Source: Octopus sinensis (Eukaryota). From it: DNA of 64,000 bases. The number at the start of each line of letters is the position of its first letter. Positions within the stretch are counted from its first letter, which is position 1. This document shows, in pieces, positions 11,785 through 23,957 of this stretch. The notes beneath the pieces were generated by a model, which saw only the letters and a list, made by a program, of their open reading frames with translations, made no database searches and was not told the origin of the DNA. Both the position numbers and the translations under genes were made by a program. The stretch lies in the NCBI RefSeq assembly GCF_006345805.1, contig NC_042998.1, positions 6,448,001-6,512,000 of the forward strand. Direction: 5' to 3'.

Positions 11785-11831
<47 letters not shown>

Positions 11832-12261
11832 TATATGTGTGTGTGTGTGTGAGGCAAAAACTCTCTTTCTGCCACCCTCTTTTAGTTACCATATTTCTAC
11901 ACAAATATACTGTGTTTGATAAAACTTAATTTCAAAAATAATGAATTTAGTAAAATAACTTCGTCATTATTGATCTGGAGTTTGCAAGTTAAATTTAACA
12001 TGAAATTTTGAAGGAAGGTTTTTAACATAGTTAAATCTAAAATAGGAAATATTGTATCATTGAATTAAGGGTGGACTTGGGTGGATTGCTATCAAAAGGA
12101 CTGTCTAAACTAATCAGTAGACATGCAGCATAATAGTGTTTCTCAACTAGGGTTCATATGACCCTTTTTGGAATCCATATAAGATTTTGTTGTTAAAATT
12201 AATGGGCAATAAATTGGTTATACTTCCACAAGGCACAAAATATTTTAACAATTTCATCAGG

Positions 12262-12503
12262 AATAGGAGTGGCTGTGTGGTAAGTAGCTTGCTTACCAAC
12301 CACATGGTTCCTGGTTCAGTCCCACTGTGTGGCACCTTGGGCAAGTGTCTTCTACTATAGCCTTGGACCGACCAAAGACTTGTGAGTGGATTTGGTAGAC
12401 AGAAACTGAAAGAAGCCCATCACACACACACACACATATATATATATTTGTATATATATATATATATTTGTATATATATATATATATATTTGTATGTATG
12501 TAT

Positions 12504-12569
<66 letters not shown>

Positions 12570-12695
12570 GTATGTGTGTGCATATGTTTGTACTAGGCTT
12601 ACACAAAATAAGTCCTAGGGTCGATTTGATCGACTGAAGACGGTGCTCCAGCAGGGCCACAGTCAAATGACTGAAACAAGTAAATGAGAATAAAA
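12262..12695 (+). mobile_element. SINE family A with expanded (TA)n and an internal deletion
   Basis: Head at 12262; the long TA tract joins directly to gtactaggcttac. Confidence 0.85.
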
Positions 12696-12834
12696 GAGGA
12701 AGAAGACCCAGCAAGCTCAAGTGAGACCATAACCTTGTGGCCTATGCCAGGGGTGTAGCCAGCCCACTTATGCATACCTTTCCTTCACTGGACACTAAAC
12801 TCTGCTTGCAAAGACCTGTTGAGCCAAGTGAAAT

Positions 12835-13331
12835 TGAAATCAAATCAAATTCGCAAATTCGATGACTGGCATCCGTGCCAGTGGAGCGCTAAGAGCACCA
12901 TCTGAGTGTGATCACTGCCAGAGCAGCTGACTGGCTTCCATGCCGGTGGAAGTTAAAATGCACCATTCAAACGTGATTGTTACCAGCGTCACTTTACTGG
13001 CACTTGTGCCAGTGACACGTGAAAAACATTCAAGCGAGGTTGTTGCTAGTGTCACTGGACTGGCTCCTGTGCAGGTGGCACATAAAAAAAACACCACTTG
13101 AGCATGGCCGTTGCCAGTACTGCCTGACTGGCCCTCATGCCAGTGGCATGTAAAAGCACCCACTACACTCTCAGAGTGGTTGGCGTTAGGAAGGGCATCC
13201 AGCTGTAGAAACTCTGCCAGATGAAGATTGGAGCTTGGTGCAGCCATCTGGTTCGCCAGCCCTCAGTCAAATCATCCAACCCATGCTAGCACGGAAAGCG
13301 GACGTTAAACGATGATGATGATGATGATGAT
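12835..13331 (+). mobile_element. SINE family B, long copy
   Basis: aaatcaaatcaaattcg 5' motif (shared with 42623), several diverged internal units, (GAT)n tail. Confidence 0.85.
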
Positions 13332-13879
13332 GGGATCGATGTGTAAAAAGAAAGTTAGCTTCGAGCAATCTGTAGTAAATATAAAAAACAACTTCAGGGA
13401 CAATACTGGTTTATTGAGAGGGACGGTTGTGGATGTGTGTGTGTGTGTGTTGTGTGTGTGTGTGTGTGACCATGGCATCCCAGATGCTCAACATCACCCA
13501 ATTTTTATGTGGTTTCCAGGAAAATAAAATAAGAACAAGAACAGATTTACATTCTTTGAGACCTAATTTCCCTCAATTCATTTCCAAAAACTATTTTGTC
13601 TTGCTTTATTTTTTTTTATTGTCACACTAAGTTTTTTCTGTTTTTGTTGGGGTTTTTTTTGCTTTGTTTTATTTTTGTTTTTTTTTTCTTTCTTTTGGTG
13701 GGATGTTTTTGTGGTTAATAATGGAAATTACTATATCAAATATTCTCAACATGACAAAATAGTTGTTGAGAGAGCTAATAAAAGAAATTAACATCTGGAA
13801 GAGAAGAAAAAAATAAGTAATAAGTATTAGTTTGATAATTACAAAAGCAATAAAAATAAACCAATCATGTGTACGCATA

Positions 13880-13985
13880 TATAACTCATATATACACATA
13901 CATACATACATGTATGCATATATATATATATATATACACACACATATGTTCATATATATATATATATATATATACACAAATGTTC

Positions 13986-14019
<34 letters not shown>

Positions 14020-14116
14020 GTTCATATATATATGAACATATATATATATACACATATGTTCATATATATATGAACATATATAATATATACATGTTTTCAT
14101 ATATATACATATTTTC

Positions 14117-14151
<35 letters not shown>

Positions 14152-14558
14152 TGAACATATATATATATACATGTTTTCATATATATACATATTTTCATAT
14201 ATATACATATATATATATATATATTATATGTATACATATGTTCATATATATATGAACATATATAATATATATAATATACATATTTAAAACATATATGATA
14301 TATATAATATATACATGCATATATATATATATATACATATGTTCATATATATACATATGTTCATATATATATATATTATATATATATATATATATACACA
14401 TATGTTCATATATATATATATATTATATACATGTGTTCATATATATACATATATACATATGTTCATATATATACATATGTTCATATATATATACATATGT
14501 ACATATGTTCATATATATACATATACATATATACATATATACATACATATATACATAG

Positions 14559-14599
<41 letters not shown>

Positions 14600-14695
14600 T
14601 TATATATGAACATATATAATATATGTATGTACATATACACACACACACACACACATTCATATATAGACACATACACACGCACCTATATATAATTT
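13880..14695. repeat. ~800-bp cryptic (TA)n/(CA)n satellite with a recurring CATATGTTCATATAT motif
   Basis: Direct reading; the many ORFs called here are low-complexity artefacts. Confidence 0.95.
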
Positions 14696-15258
14696 CTGTA
14701 TTGAATTCATTACTGTGCAGAAACAAGATAAACTTATGTCATCACGTAAAATTTAAATGGGGGAGACTGTTGTCACCAAACCCGAGGTGACAGTCTTTGA
14801 AGAAGAAAACAAGGAAATTAAATAAACAGCTAAAGGAATTAAAAATAACAGTTCTGGAATAACAGAACTCTAAGTGATGAGTAGGTCCTCGCTCGCCACT
14901 CAACGAAAGGAAAAACAACGAATAAATAGATTCGCTCTGCTTACGTGTAGATAATATCGTGATTGGAATTCTTAGTTTTTTTTTTCAATACCACATACAC
15001 ATATACACAATGGCAATTTGGCAGAACTTGCTTAGTGGCATGAGTTCTGTCTCTTGGCATTCTGAGATCAAATCCTACTGGGTTTGTTATTTGCCTTTCA
15101 GCTTTCTGAGGTCAGTGAAAAAAAAAAAAAAAAAAATCGCCAGTCCAACCTTTAACATCTGCTTTCCATGCTGGTATGGGTTGGACAGTTTGACCAGAGC
15201 TGGCAAGCCAGGAACCTGCAGCTGGTTCCAGTCTGATTTGGTTTCATTTTTATAGATA

Positions 15259-15680
15259 GGCGCAGGAGTGGCTGTGTGGTAAGTAGCTTGCTAACCAACC
15301 ACATGATTCTGGGTTCAGTCCCACTGCGTGGCATCTTGGGCAAGTGTCTTCTACTATAGCCCCGGGCCGACCAATGCCTTGTGAGTGGATTTGGTAGACG
15401 GAAACTGAAAGAAGCCTGTCGTATATATGTATATATATATATATATATGTGTGTGTGTATATGTGTTTGTGTGTCTGTGTTTGTCCCCCTAGCATTGCTT
15501 GACAACCGATGCTGGTGTGTTTACGTCCCTGTCACGTAGCGGTTCGGCAAAAGAGACCGATAGAATAAGTACTGGGCTTACAAAGAATAAGTCCCGGGGT
15601 CGATTGCTCGACTAAAGGCGGTGCTCCAGCATGGCCCCAGTCAAATGACTGAAACAAGTAAAAGAGTAAAGAGTAAAAGA
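15259..15680 (+). mobile_element. SINE family A, full length
   Basis: Runs from ggcgcaggagtggctgtgtggtaag to the (aaagagt)n tail. Confidence 0.92.
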
Positions 15681-16270
15681 GAGATGCCCTTCCTAATGTC
15701 AATAATTTTACAGTGTGTGCTAGGTGCTTTTAACGTAACGCACACAATATGTGCATGTGTGTGTGTTAATAAATATTCAGCCTAACACTGAAATGATATA
15801 CCAATTTTTATATACATATATTAGAAACACTCTGTAATAGAAAGGTATAATATGTATATATAAAAACTTTGTCTAAATATATATATTTCAGATTGCTATT
15901 TTTATAGATTTGTATGGAAGCTACAGAGTATAAAAACATTACGGAGCGTTGGGTACTTAAGCAGAAATAAAAAAAGAAAAACCCCTGATAGGTGCAGATG
16001 TGGTGCCACTCAGTGGAATTGAACTCAGAACCATGTAGTTGGGATGTGAGCTTCCTACCACACAGCCACAACTCTACCTATGTTTGTTAACCGTTCATTC
16101 CAAACTTTTATGATCAAAATATTTTCTTAAAAGAAAATTTCATGACTAATGTAGTCTCTTCAAGGCATAGAATGGGAGCAGACACAAACTTTGCAACTTA
16201 TCAATACAGGGTAGAAAGAATCAAATAATTCCATTTCATATCTTAACTGTAATTGGTACTAAAAGAATAG

Positions 16271-16700
16271 GGCAGTGAGCTGGCAGAAATGTTAGCATGC
16301 CGGGCGCGCTAAAGTCGACTTTGCCTTTCATCCTTTTGGGGTCGATAAATTAAGTACCTATTTCTTTATTACCCACAAGGGGCTAAACATAGAGGGGACA
16401 AACAAGGACAGACAAACGGATTAAGTCAATTACATCGACCCCAGTGCGTAACTGGTACTTAATTTATCGACCCCGAAAGGATGAAAGGCAAAGTCGACCT
16501 CGGCGGAATTTGAACACTGAATGTAACAGCAGCTGAAATACCGCTAAGCATTCCGGCCGGCGTGCTAACGATTCTGCCAACTCGCCGCCTTAAATTAAGT
16601 ACCAGTTGCGCACTAGCGTCGATATAATTGACTTAATCTGTTTGTCTGTCCTTGTTTGTCCTCTCTGTGTTTAGCCCCTTGTGGGTAGTTAAGAAATAGG
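16271..16700. mobile_element. Nested SINE family C: minus copy (16359-16590) inside a plus copy
   Basis: 13-bp target duplication TAAATTAAGTACC at 16346-16358 and 16591-16603. Confidence 0.9.
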
Positions 16701-16852
16701 TACTAAGAGAATACTTCTGCTGGGCAGTAACAAGAATAAGATTTGGGCACTGGGAGAAGACTTGTCTTGTAAAGATTCTAAGATGAGACTAGGCAAGAAT
16801 CGGACTTACACCTGAGGAAAAGATAAAGAATTGTTTATTAAGTCAACAGATA

Positions 16853-17017
16853 GGCACAGGAGTGGCTGTGTGGTAAGTAGCTTGCTAACCAACCACATGG
16901 TTCCGGGATCAGTCCCACTGCGTGGCATCTTGGGCAAGTGTCTTCTGCTATAGCCCCAGGCCGACCAATGCCTTGTGAGTGGTTTTGGTAGACGGAAACT
17001 GAAAGAAGCCTGTCGCA

Positions 17018-17060
<43 letters not shown>

Positions 17061-17261
17061 CTGTGTTTGTCCCCCTAGCATTGCTTGACAGCCAATGCTG
17101 GTGTGTTTACGTCCCCGTCACTTAGCGGTTCGGCAAAAGAGACCGATAGAATAAGTACTGGGCTTACAAAGAATAAGTCCCAGGGTTGATTTGCTCGACT
17201 AAAGGTGGTGCTCCAGCATGGCCGCAGTCAAATGACTGAAACAAGTAAAAGAGTAAAAGAG
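16853..17261 (+). mobile_element. SINE family A, full length
   Basis: Complete from head to tail. Confidence 0.92.
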
Positions 17262-17391
17262 ATAACTATCCATTGATTGTATGTAGACTGGTTCTATCAC
17301 ACTAAGCATGGACTAGTTAACACTGGTGAGCGGGGAAAAGACAAATCTATTTTTGCTGGTTCATCAACACATCAACTAAAACACAAGGTTC

Positions 17392-20195
17392 TTAGTTAGT
17401 TAGTTAGTTAGTTAATTTGGCTCAAAAGCAAATAGCAAGACAATGTAGGGGGACATGGAGTTAAGTACAGGGTGGTGTTCATGTAAAGAGTTCAGGCCAC
17501 TTGAGGTCAAGGGAGGCTTTGAACAAAGCGGTCGTCGGCATCTTCACCATCTCGTCTGGCAGCTTGTTCCACGGATCCGCAACCCGGACGGAGAAAGCTC
17601 CTCTCCTTCGATTGAGATGAAATCGTCGCAGGTAGAGCTTTTCGGAATGACCCCGCAGCCGACGCTCTGGAGCAGGAGTGAAGAACAGCTCTTTCGAGAG
17701 GTTACACTTTCCGCTTATGATGTTGTGGGCGAGAATGAGATCACCACGGCGGCGGCGTTTTTCAAGAGAATAAAGGTCGAGCGTCCTCAGCCTTTCTTCG
17801 TAGGACAAATTTTTGAGACCATGAACCATGCGGGTAGCCAGCTTCTGGACTCTTTCGAGATGCTGTATGTCTTTGAAGAGATAAGGAGAAGAGGCTTGAA
17901 TCCCATACTCCAATATGGGTCTCACCAGCGTGACATAGAGTGGTAGGAATATGGCTGCTGTGAGCATTCCGAATGACCGTCGAATCAAGAACAGAATTCC
18001 GCGTGCTTTGTTGGCAGCATGGACGCACTGGGCCGAAGGCGAAAAGGAGGAATCCACCAAGATACCTAGGTCCTTTACCTGATCGGTCCTCTCCAGCAGC
18101 AGACGTCCCGGCTCGAAATCAAGTTGAGTTGCAGGAGTAGAGCCGACAGGCAGATGACAGCATTTTGACACGTTCAGACACAGGTCCCAATTGTTAGACC
18201 ACTTCCAAATTTGGTGGAGGCATCGACGAAGATCCTCTATATTACCGCGAGGAGCGACCAGTTTGATATCGTCGGCAAACAGAAGGGTGTGTTGCGTGAG
18301 GTCGTCGGGCAAGTCATTTATGAAGACTAAGAACAACAAGGGCCCAAGCACTGAACCTTGAGGCACGCCACTGCTCGCACTGGAGACGTCGGGCCGCGAA
18401 CCATTAACTTGGACTTGGAAGGAGCGATCTGAGAGGAAGGCACCAACCTATCGTACAATATCCGGATGGAAACTATATGCTTGAAGCTTGACAAGCAATA
18501 GGCGGTGGTTTACTGAGTCAAAAGCTTTGGCAAAGTCCAGTAAAACGATGTCAACAGCATCACTATCATCGAGGATGCGCGTCACCAATTCTTCCATTAC
18601 TAGTAGGTTGGTCAAGCATGATCTCTTCGGCACGAAGCCGTGTTGGGAATCAGAGATAGAGGCTGTGTTTAGGAGGTGGAGCATCATACTTTTCTTAAGG
18701 ATGGTTTCGAACATCTTGCTGATTATTGATGTAAGGGAAACCGGTCGGTAGTTAAGCGGGTCTTCGCGGCTCCCTTTCTTGAAAATTGGGCAGATTATCG
18801 CTGTTCTTCAGTCTGCAGGTATAACACCCGTCGCCAATGACATATTGAATAGTCGTGTTAAGGGCTCGCAGATGACCGGAGCCAACACTTTGATAACCCG
18901 TGGGTGTATGCCGTCAGGGCCGTGACCTTTGTTGACATCGAGGCCTTGAATAACACGTTTGACTTCGTCCCGCGTGATGACCAATCGAAGCATTGGAGGT
19001 ACCGATCTATCAAATGGAGGGGGTTCACGACCATCATCTTGTTTGAAAATAGTTGAAAAAGCCTCGGCAAATAATTGACTCTGTTGATAAGGGTCCTCAA
19101 TCGATACGCCTGTTGAGTCTACCAACGTTGCAATCTGGTTGTTCAAGCGGGAATTCCGCTGGACATGGGCAAAGAAGGTTTTTGGATTGCTACTGGCATT
19201 TGCCGCGATTTTGTATTCGTAACTGAAGCGTTCTTTCTTTTCAATTTTCACGGCTCGGTCTCGTTGAGTTTTGTACACCTCAAAAGCTGCAGTCGAATCC
19301 AGATTTTTGAATTCAGCCCAAGCAATATCTCTGAGTCGACGTTCTCGTTTAACCCTCTTCGTCACCCAGGGCTTGTGTTTCTTCCTCTTGGGAAGCCCAA
19401 CGGGAACTGCCTGGTCAGTCAAACAGATTACATATGCTTTGAGGGATGACCATAGTTCGTCAACTGAGGACAACGTCATCAGGGATCGCCAGTCCAGAAG
19501 CGCGGAAGCCTCGGTTAGAATTTCAAGATTAATTGCAGAGAAGACTCTACGTGGCAGCGAAGTAGTCGTGGGCGTAGAAAAAGTTGTGTGCATGACGAAC
19601 TTCAGGACCGCATGATCACTCTTGGCAAGAGGGGCGCACACAGATACGTCTGACACTGATCTTGGATAGCCGGAGAATACCAGATCTAGCATAGATGGCT
19701 GCTGCCCAGACCGATGCGTTGTCGGATATTCAACATGTTGCGATAGAAAACAATCTTCAGCCACGTCAAGAAGGGCCTGGCCGAACCGGGAAGATGTTGT
19801 ACAAATTGATGCGGGCCAATCGATCGTGGGGGCGTTGAAGTCTCCTAGTACCAAACAGTCATGCGAAGCTGAAACGAATCTTATCGCTTCGAGTAGATGA
19901 GCATCGTCCTGGGGGTTGGCAAGAGGCGGCCTGTAGACAGCCAACACGGGCAGGCAAAACTCAGATAGGCTCAGCTTGCAATAGACGGCATCGAATTTTG
20001 TTGTAGGCTGAGCATTAGTGGGTAGAATACCGCTGGACGGTTTGTGCTCAGACTTAACATACACAGCAACACCTCCACCTCGCCTTTTTCCTCTGTCACA
20101 TCTGAAAAGGACGTAGCCCTGCAGGTGGATTTCTGAGTCCTTTACTGCTGGAGTCAGCCAAGTCTCGGTGATAGCTATCACATCAGGGGAGTCTT
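17392..20195 (-). mobile_element. CR1-clade LINE, 5'-truncated: ORF2 (APE endonuclease + reverse transcriptase), 3' UTR and (TAAC)n tail
   Basis: APE motifs PDVIAITETWL, VLGDFNAP, LDLVF, SDH; RT motifs NYRPVSLTS, QHGF, DFAKAFDSV, GVPQGSVLGP, LFADDIKL; CR1-type C-terminus RGH..KL...FSVRV..WN.LP...FKASLD. One frame from about 20193 to 17479 with two in-frame stops (18808-18810, 18448-18450). Confidence 0.95.
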
Positions 20196-20896
20196 AACAA
20201 CAGATTTCTTCTAAGAAAACATCAGGAAACTCAAATAAAGCTAAAGAGTTTGATTTGAATAGGTAATGAAGTGATTGAAAGGGATCTAAATAATTTAGTC
20301 AAGTATATCGTGTGATCTGGCATTATGGAATATTTTTTCAGATTTTCTAAAGAATAGAGAAGGCTGCTTAGTTTTCTACAATGCCTGGAAGAACATGTAG
20401 GTTTATAGCTCCAACTATAGTAAAGAATTAATGGAATAACTGTCCAATGAAGAGATGCAGATTTCAGTTAGCTTATTTGACCTAATATGGGGTGAATAAT
20501 ACAGCGTGCTAATGAAGTGCGTTTTCTAATCAAGAGGTTTTGGGTTCTATTTTACTGTGTCATACCATGGGGTAAGTATTTTTTACCATAACCTTGAACT
20601 GACCAATGCTTTTTGAGAGAAAATGGTCGACAAAAACTGTACATAAGCCTGTCATGTATCCATGTGTGTAAGTAAGAGTATGTTTGTGTGTTTATATTTG
20701 TATATCCTGGCATTGATATTATACAGGCAATAGGGATAGATTCATGTCTTCTCTACATAACACAATCTGCAACATGGCAGTTTCTACATGGCAAGACTAA
20801 TGGAATAAAAATATCATATTTGGAAAATGGATGAGAAGTGGAAGGGTATTAGACCACAGAATTCTGCCTCAAAGAGTTCCATTGTGATGGCATTTT

Positions 20897-21267
20897 TTTT
20901 TACTTGTTTCAGTTATTTGAGGGTGGCCATGCTGGAGCACTGCCTTTAGTCGAGCAAATCGACCCCGGGACTTATTATTTGTAATCCTAGTACTTATTCT
21001 ATTGGTGTCTTTTTGCCAAACCACTAAGTTATGGGGACGTAAACACACCAGCATCGGTTGTCAAGCGATGTTGGGGGGGACAAACACAGACACACACACA
21101 CACACATACATATACATGACGGGCTTCTTTCAGTTTCCGTCCACCAAAGCTTTGGTCGGCCCGAGGCTATAGTAGAAGACACTTGCCCAAAGTGCCACGC
21201 AGTGGGACTGAACCTGGAACCATGTGGCTGGTAAGCAAGCTACTTACCACACAGCCACTCCTGCACC
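20897..21267 (-). mobile_element. SINE family A
   Basis: Near-full reverse copy. Confidence 0.88.
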
Positions 21268-21429
21268 TATAAGAAAAGCAGCAGCAGCAGATGATGATGA
21301 TGATGATGATGGCAACGATTTCAGAGATGATGATACAATTTTGAGTTCTCGTATAGTGGACTTACAGCCCTTACTTTCTTCTGCCATTTTCTGTATTTTA
21401 TTTAATGGTAATATTGTTGTTCGCTTTAA

Positions 21430-21688
21430 CCCTTTCGATACCGTATTTATTTTGAGATATTCTGTGTTTCTTTGAATTACGTTAAATATGCTAGCATGGA
21501 AAGCGGACGTTAAATGATGATGATGATAACAAAGAATTTAGTAAAATAACTTAGTTATCATTCAACTAGTGTTAGGAACGTAAAATTGTGACTAAGGTTT
21601 GGTGGAAGATTTTAATTCAAAACTTATGAAAACAAGACATTTGTACTCAAAGCAAGAGCCGGTTTCAGCCGGGTTGGTACTGAAAGGG
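21430..21688. mobile_element. piggyBac-like MITE family 2
   Basis: TTAA at 21426-21429 and 21689-21692; CCCTTTC...GAAAGGG ends; carries a short family-B tail fragment near 21490-21528. Confidence 0.85.
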
Positions 21689-21894
21689 TTAAGGCAGTGA
21701 CCTGGCAGAGTTGTTAGCAAGTCGGACAAAATGCTGAGTGGCATTTCTTCTGGCGCTTTACATTCTGAATCCATATCTTGCCGATATCAAAATACAATCA
21801 CATGAAAACAGGTCTTCATGGAAATAGGCTGGCTTGTATGGAGATTTACTTCACAACCATATGGTGCTAGGTTTAATTCCACGGTGTAGCTTTT

Positions 21895-22128
21895 GGCGGC
21901 GAGCTGGCAGAAACGTTAGCACGCCGGGCGAAATGCGTAGCCATATTTCGTTTGCCATTACGTTCTGAGTTCAAATTCCGCTGAGGTCGACTTTGCCTTT
22001 CATCCTTTCGGGGTCGATAAATTAAGTACCAGTTACGCACTGGGGGTCGATGTAATCGATTTATTCCGTTTGTCTGTCCTTGTTTGTTCCCTCTGTGTTT
22101 AGCCCCTTGTGGGTAGTAAAGAAATAGG
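21895..22128 (+). mobile_element. SINE family C, full length
   Basis: ggcggcgagctggcagaaacgttagc...gagttcaaattcc (B-box-like)...gtgggtagtaaagaaatagg. Confidence 0.9.
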
Positions 22129-22676
22129 TGTAGTTCTTGGAATACATATTCTCTACCATAGCCTCAGATTTAGTAATATCTTATGAGTGGAATTTTCCCC
22201 GGCTAAAACTGTGAGAAAGAGACCATTCTGTATACTACTGGAATTGGAAGGCTCAACCAGTCTTCAGAAACACATTGAGTTCTCTCTTTCTTGAAGGTAA
22301 CAGTACCCAGTACATTGAAATTATATGTATTGCAATTTGCGAATGATAATGCTGTTGGTTGAGGGCTTCTGACATGCAACTTGCTGGATCACTGCATTTC
22401 TGATGGTGGAAGTGACAACACAATGTTGGGTTTCTGGGGGGGGGGGGGCTTGCTGATGTTTATATCATTCACCTATCTACATCAGTGAATAATTATACAC
22501 ACATCAAGTGTGTGTATATGTGTGTCTATGTATACATATCTGTGTATATGTATATGAGTTTATACACACACATACATACACACAAATATACTCACAAATA
22601 CATATACACAAATATATACACACATTCATACACACGAATATATACATACATTCATACATATACACAAATATACACA

Positions 22677-22828
22677 TCATCATCATCATCATCGTTTAAC
22701 GTCCGCTTTCCATGCTAGCATGGGTTGGACGGTTCAACTGGGGTCTGGCAAGCCCGAAGGCTGCACCAGGCCAGTCAGATCTGGCAGTGTTTCTACAGCT
22801 GGATGCCCTTCCTAACGCCAACCACTCC
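22677..22828 (-). mobile_element. SINE family B, 5'-truncated, inside a CA/TA-rich minisatellite (22500-23035)
   Basis: Reverse complement of the family-B 3' block with a (CAT)n tract. Confidence 0.85.
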
Positions 22829-22986
22829 ATACATATACACAAATATATACACACATTCATACATATACACAAATATACACACACATACATATACACAAAT
22901 ATACACACTCATACATATACACAAATATACACATACATATAAACAAAATTACACACACATACATACATAGACATATACACAAATAC

Positions 22987-23031
<45 letters not shown>

Positions 23032-23225
23032 TACCTATAAATAATGGCTGCAAACTTGTGTTCAAGTATTGCCATTGCCTGATCAAAGGTTCCACACAAG
23101 TGAAGGCTACAACCAACTATTTTTCTGATGGGTCTTATTATTTTTCAAGTGATGCTTGCACATTGTGATGTTTTTCATAGTGGGGAAAGGATTTGCACAA
23201 ATCCGATCCCACTCTCTGAACATGA

Positions 23226-23560
23226 ACAACATCATAAGCGGAAAGTGTAACCTCTCGAAAGAGCTGTTCTTCACTCCTGCTCCAGAGCGTCGGCTGCGGG
23301 ATCACTCCGAAAAGCTCTATCTGCGACGACAATTTCATCTCAATCGAAGGGGTGGAGCTTTCTCCGTCCGGGTTGCGGTGACATGGAATAAGCTGCCGGG
23401 CGAGATAGTGAAGATGCCGACGACCGCTCGGTTCAAAGTCTCTCTTGACCGGAAATGGCCTGAACTCTTTACATGAACACCACCCTGTACATAACTCCAT
23501 GTCCCCCTACATGGCCTTGCTTTTTGCTTTTTGAGCAAAAAAATTAACTTAACTTAACTA
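23226..23560 (+). mobile_element. CR1 LINE 3' fragment, (TTAAC)n subfamily
   Basis: Translates NIISGKCNLSKELFFTPAPERRLR...WPELFT*, homologous to the end of the 17.4-20.2 kb copy. Confidence 0.92.
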
Positions 23561-23957
23561 GTCTACGTCATCGAATATTGTCAGTGTTGCAGGTTTTCTC
23601 TCAAAGTTTCCCTCTCCTAGAGAGATATTGTGACAACAACAGAGGGGCCTCCCACTCTCGGTGGGCCAACCATGCACCTGGAAACCAACACATGTTTCCC
23701 CATCCCTGCACATGCATTCAGGCATACATATATACACATGTACATATGGATGGCTGTTGACTGCACATGAGCTCTTCTGCCCTTTGACAGGTTTTATTCT
23801 CCATCTCACAAGGTATCCAACAATCATCCTCTTCACCAAGCAAGCTTGATGAGGTTGCCAGTTTAGTTGCCAACAACCCAAACACGGAACAGGTTGTACT
23901 GGGTTACATGTGACCAGAAGCCACCAAGAACAACCTGACATAATATACATATATTTA

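Noticed and set aside
13669-14726. Many overlapping ORFs rich in Y/I/H/T/C/V (also 12293-12720, 32473-33102, 51474-51836)
   Set aside because: Translations of (TA)n/(CA)n microsatellites.
15259-15340. tRNA genes at SINE heads (also 56605)
   Set aside because: Only A/B boxes are retained; there is no complete cloverleaf, and each continues into SINE body.
17455-19615. Plus-strand ORFs over the LINE (163, 87, 94 and 114 aa)
   Set aside because: Antisense shadows of CR1 ORF2 with no recognisable domains.
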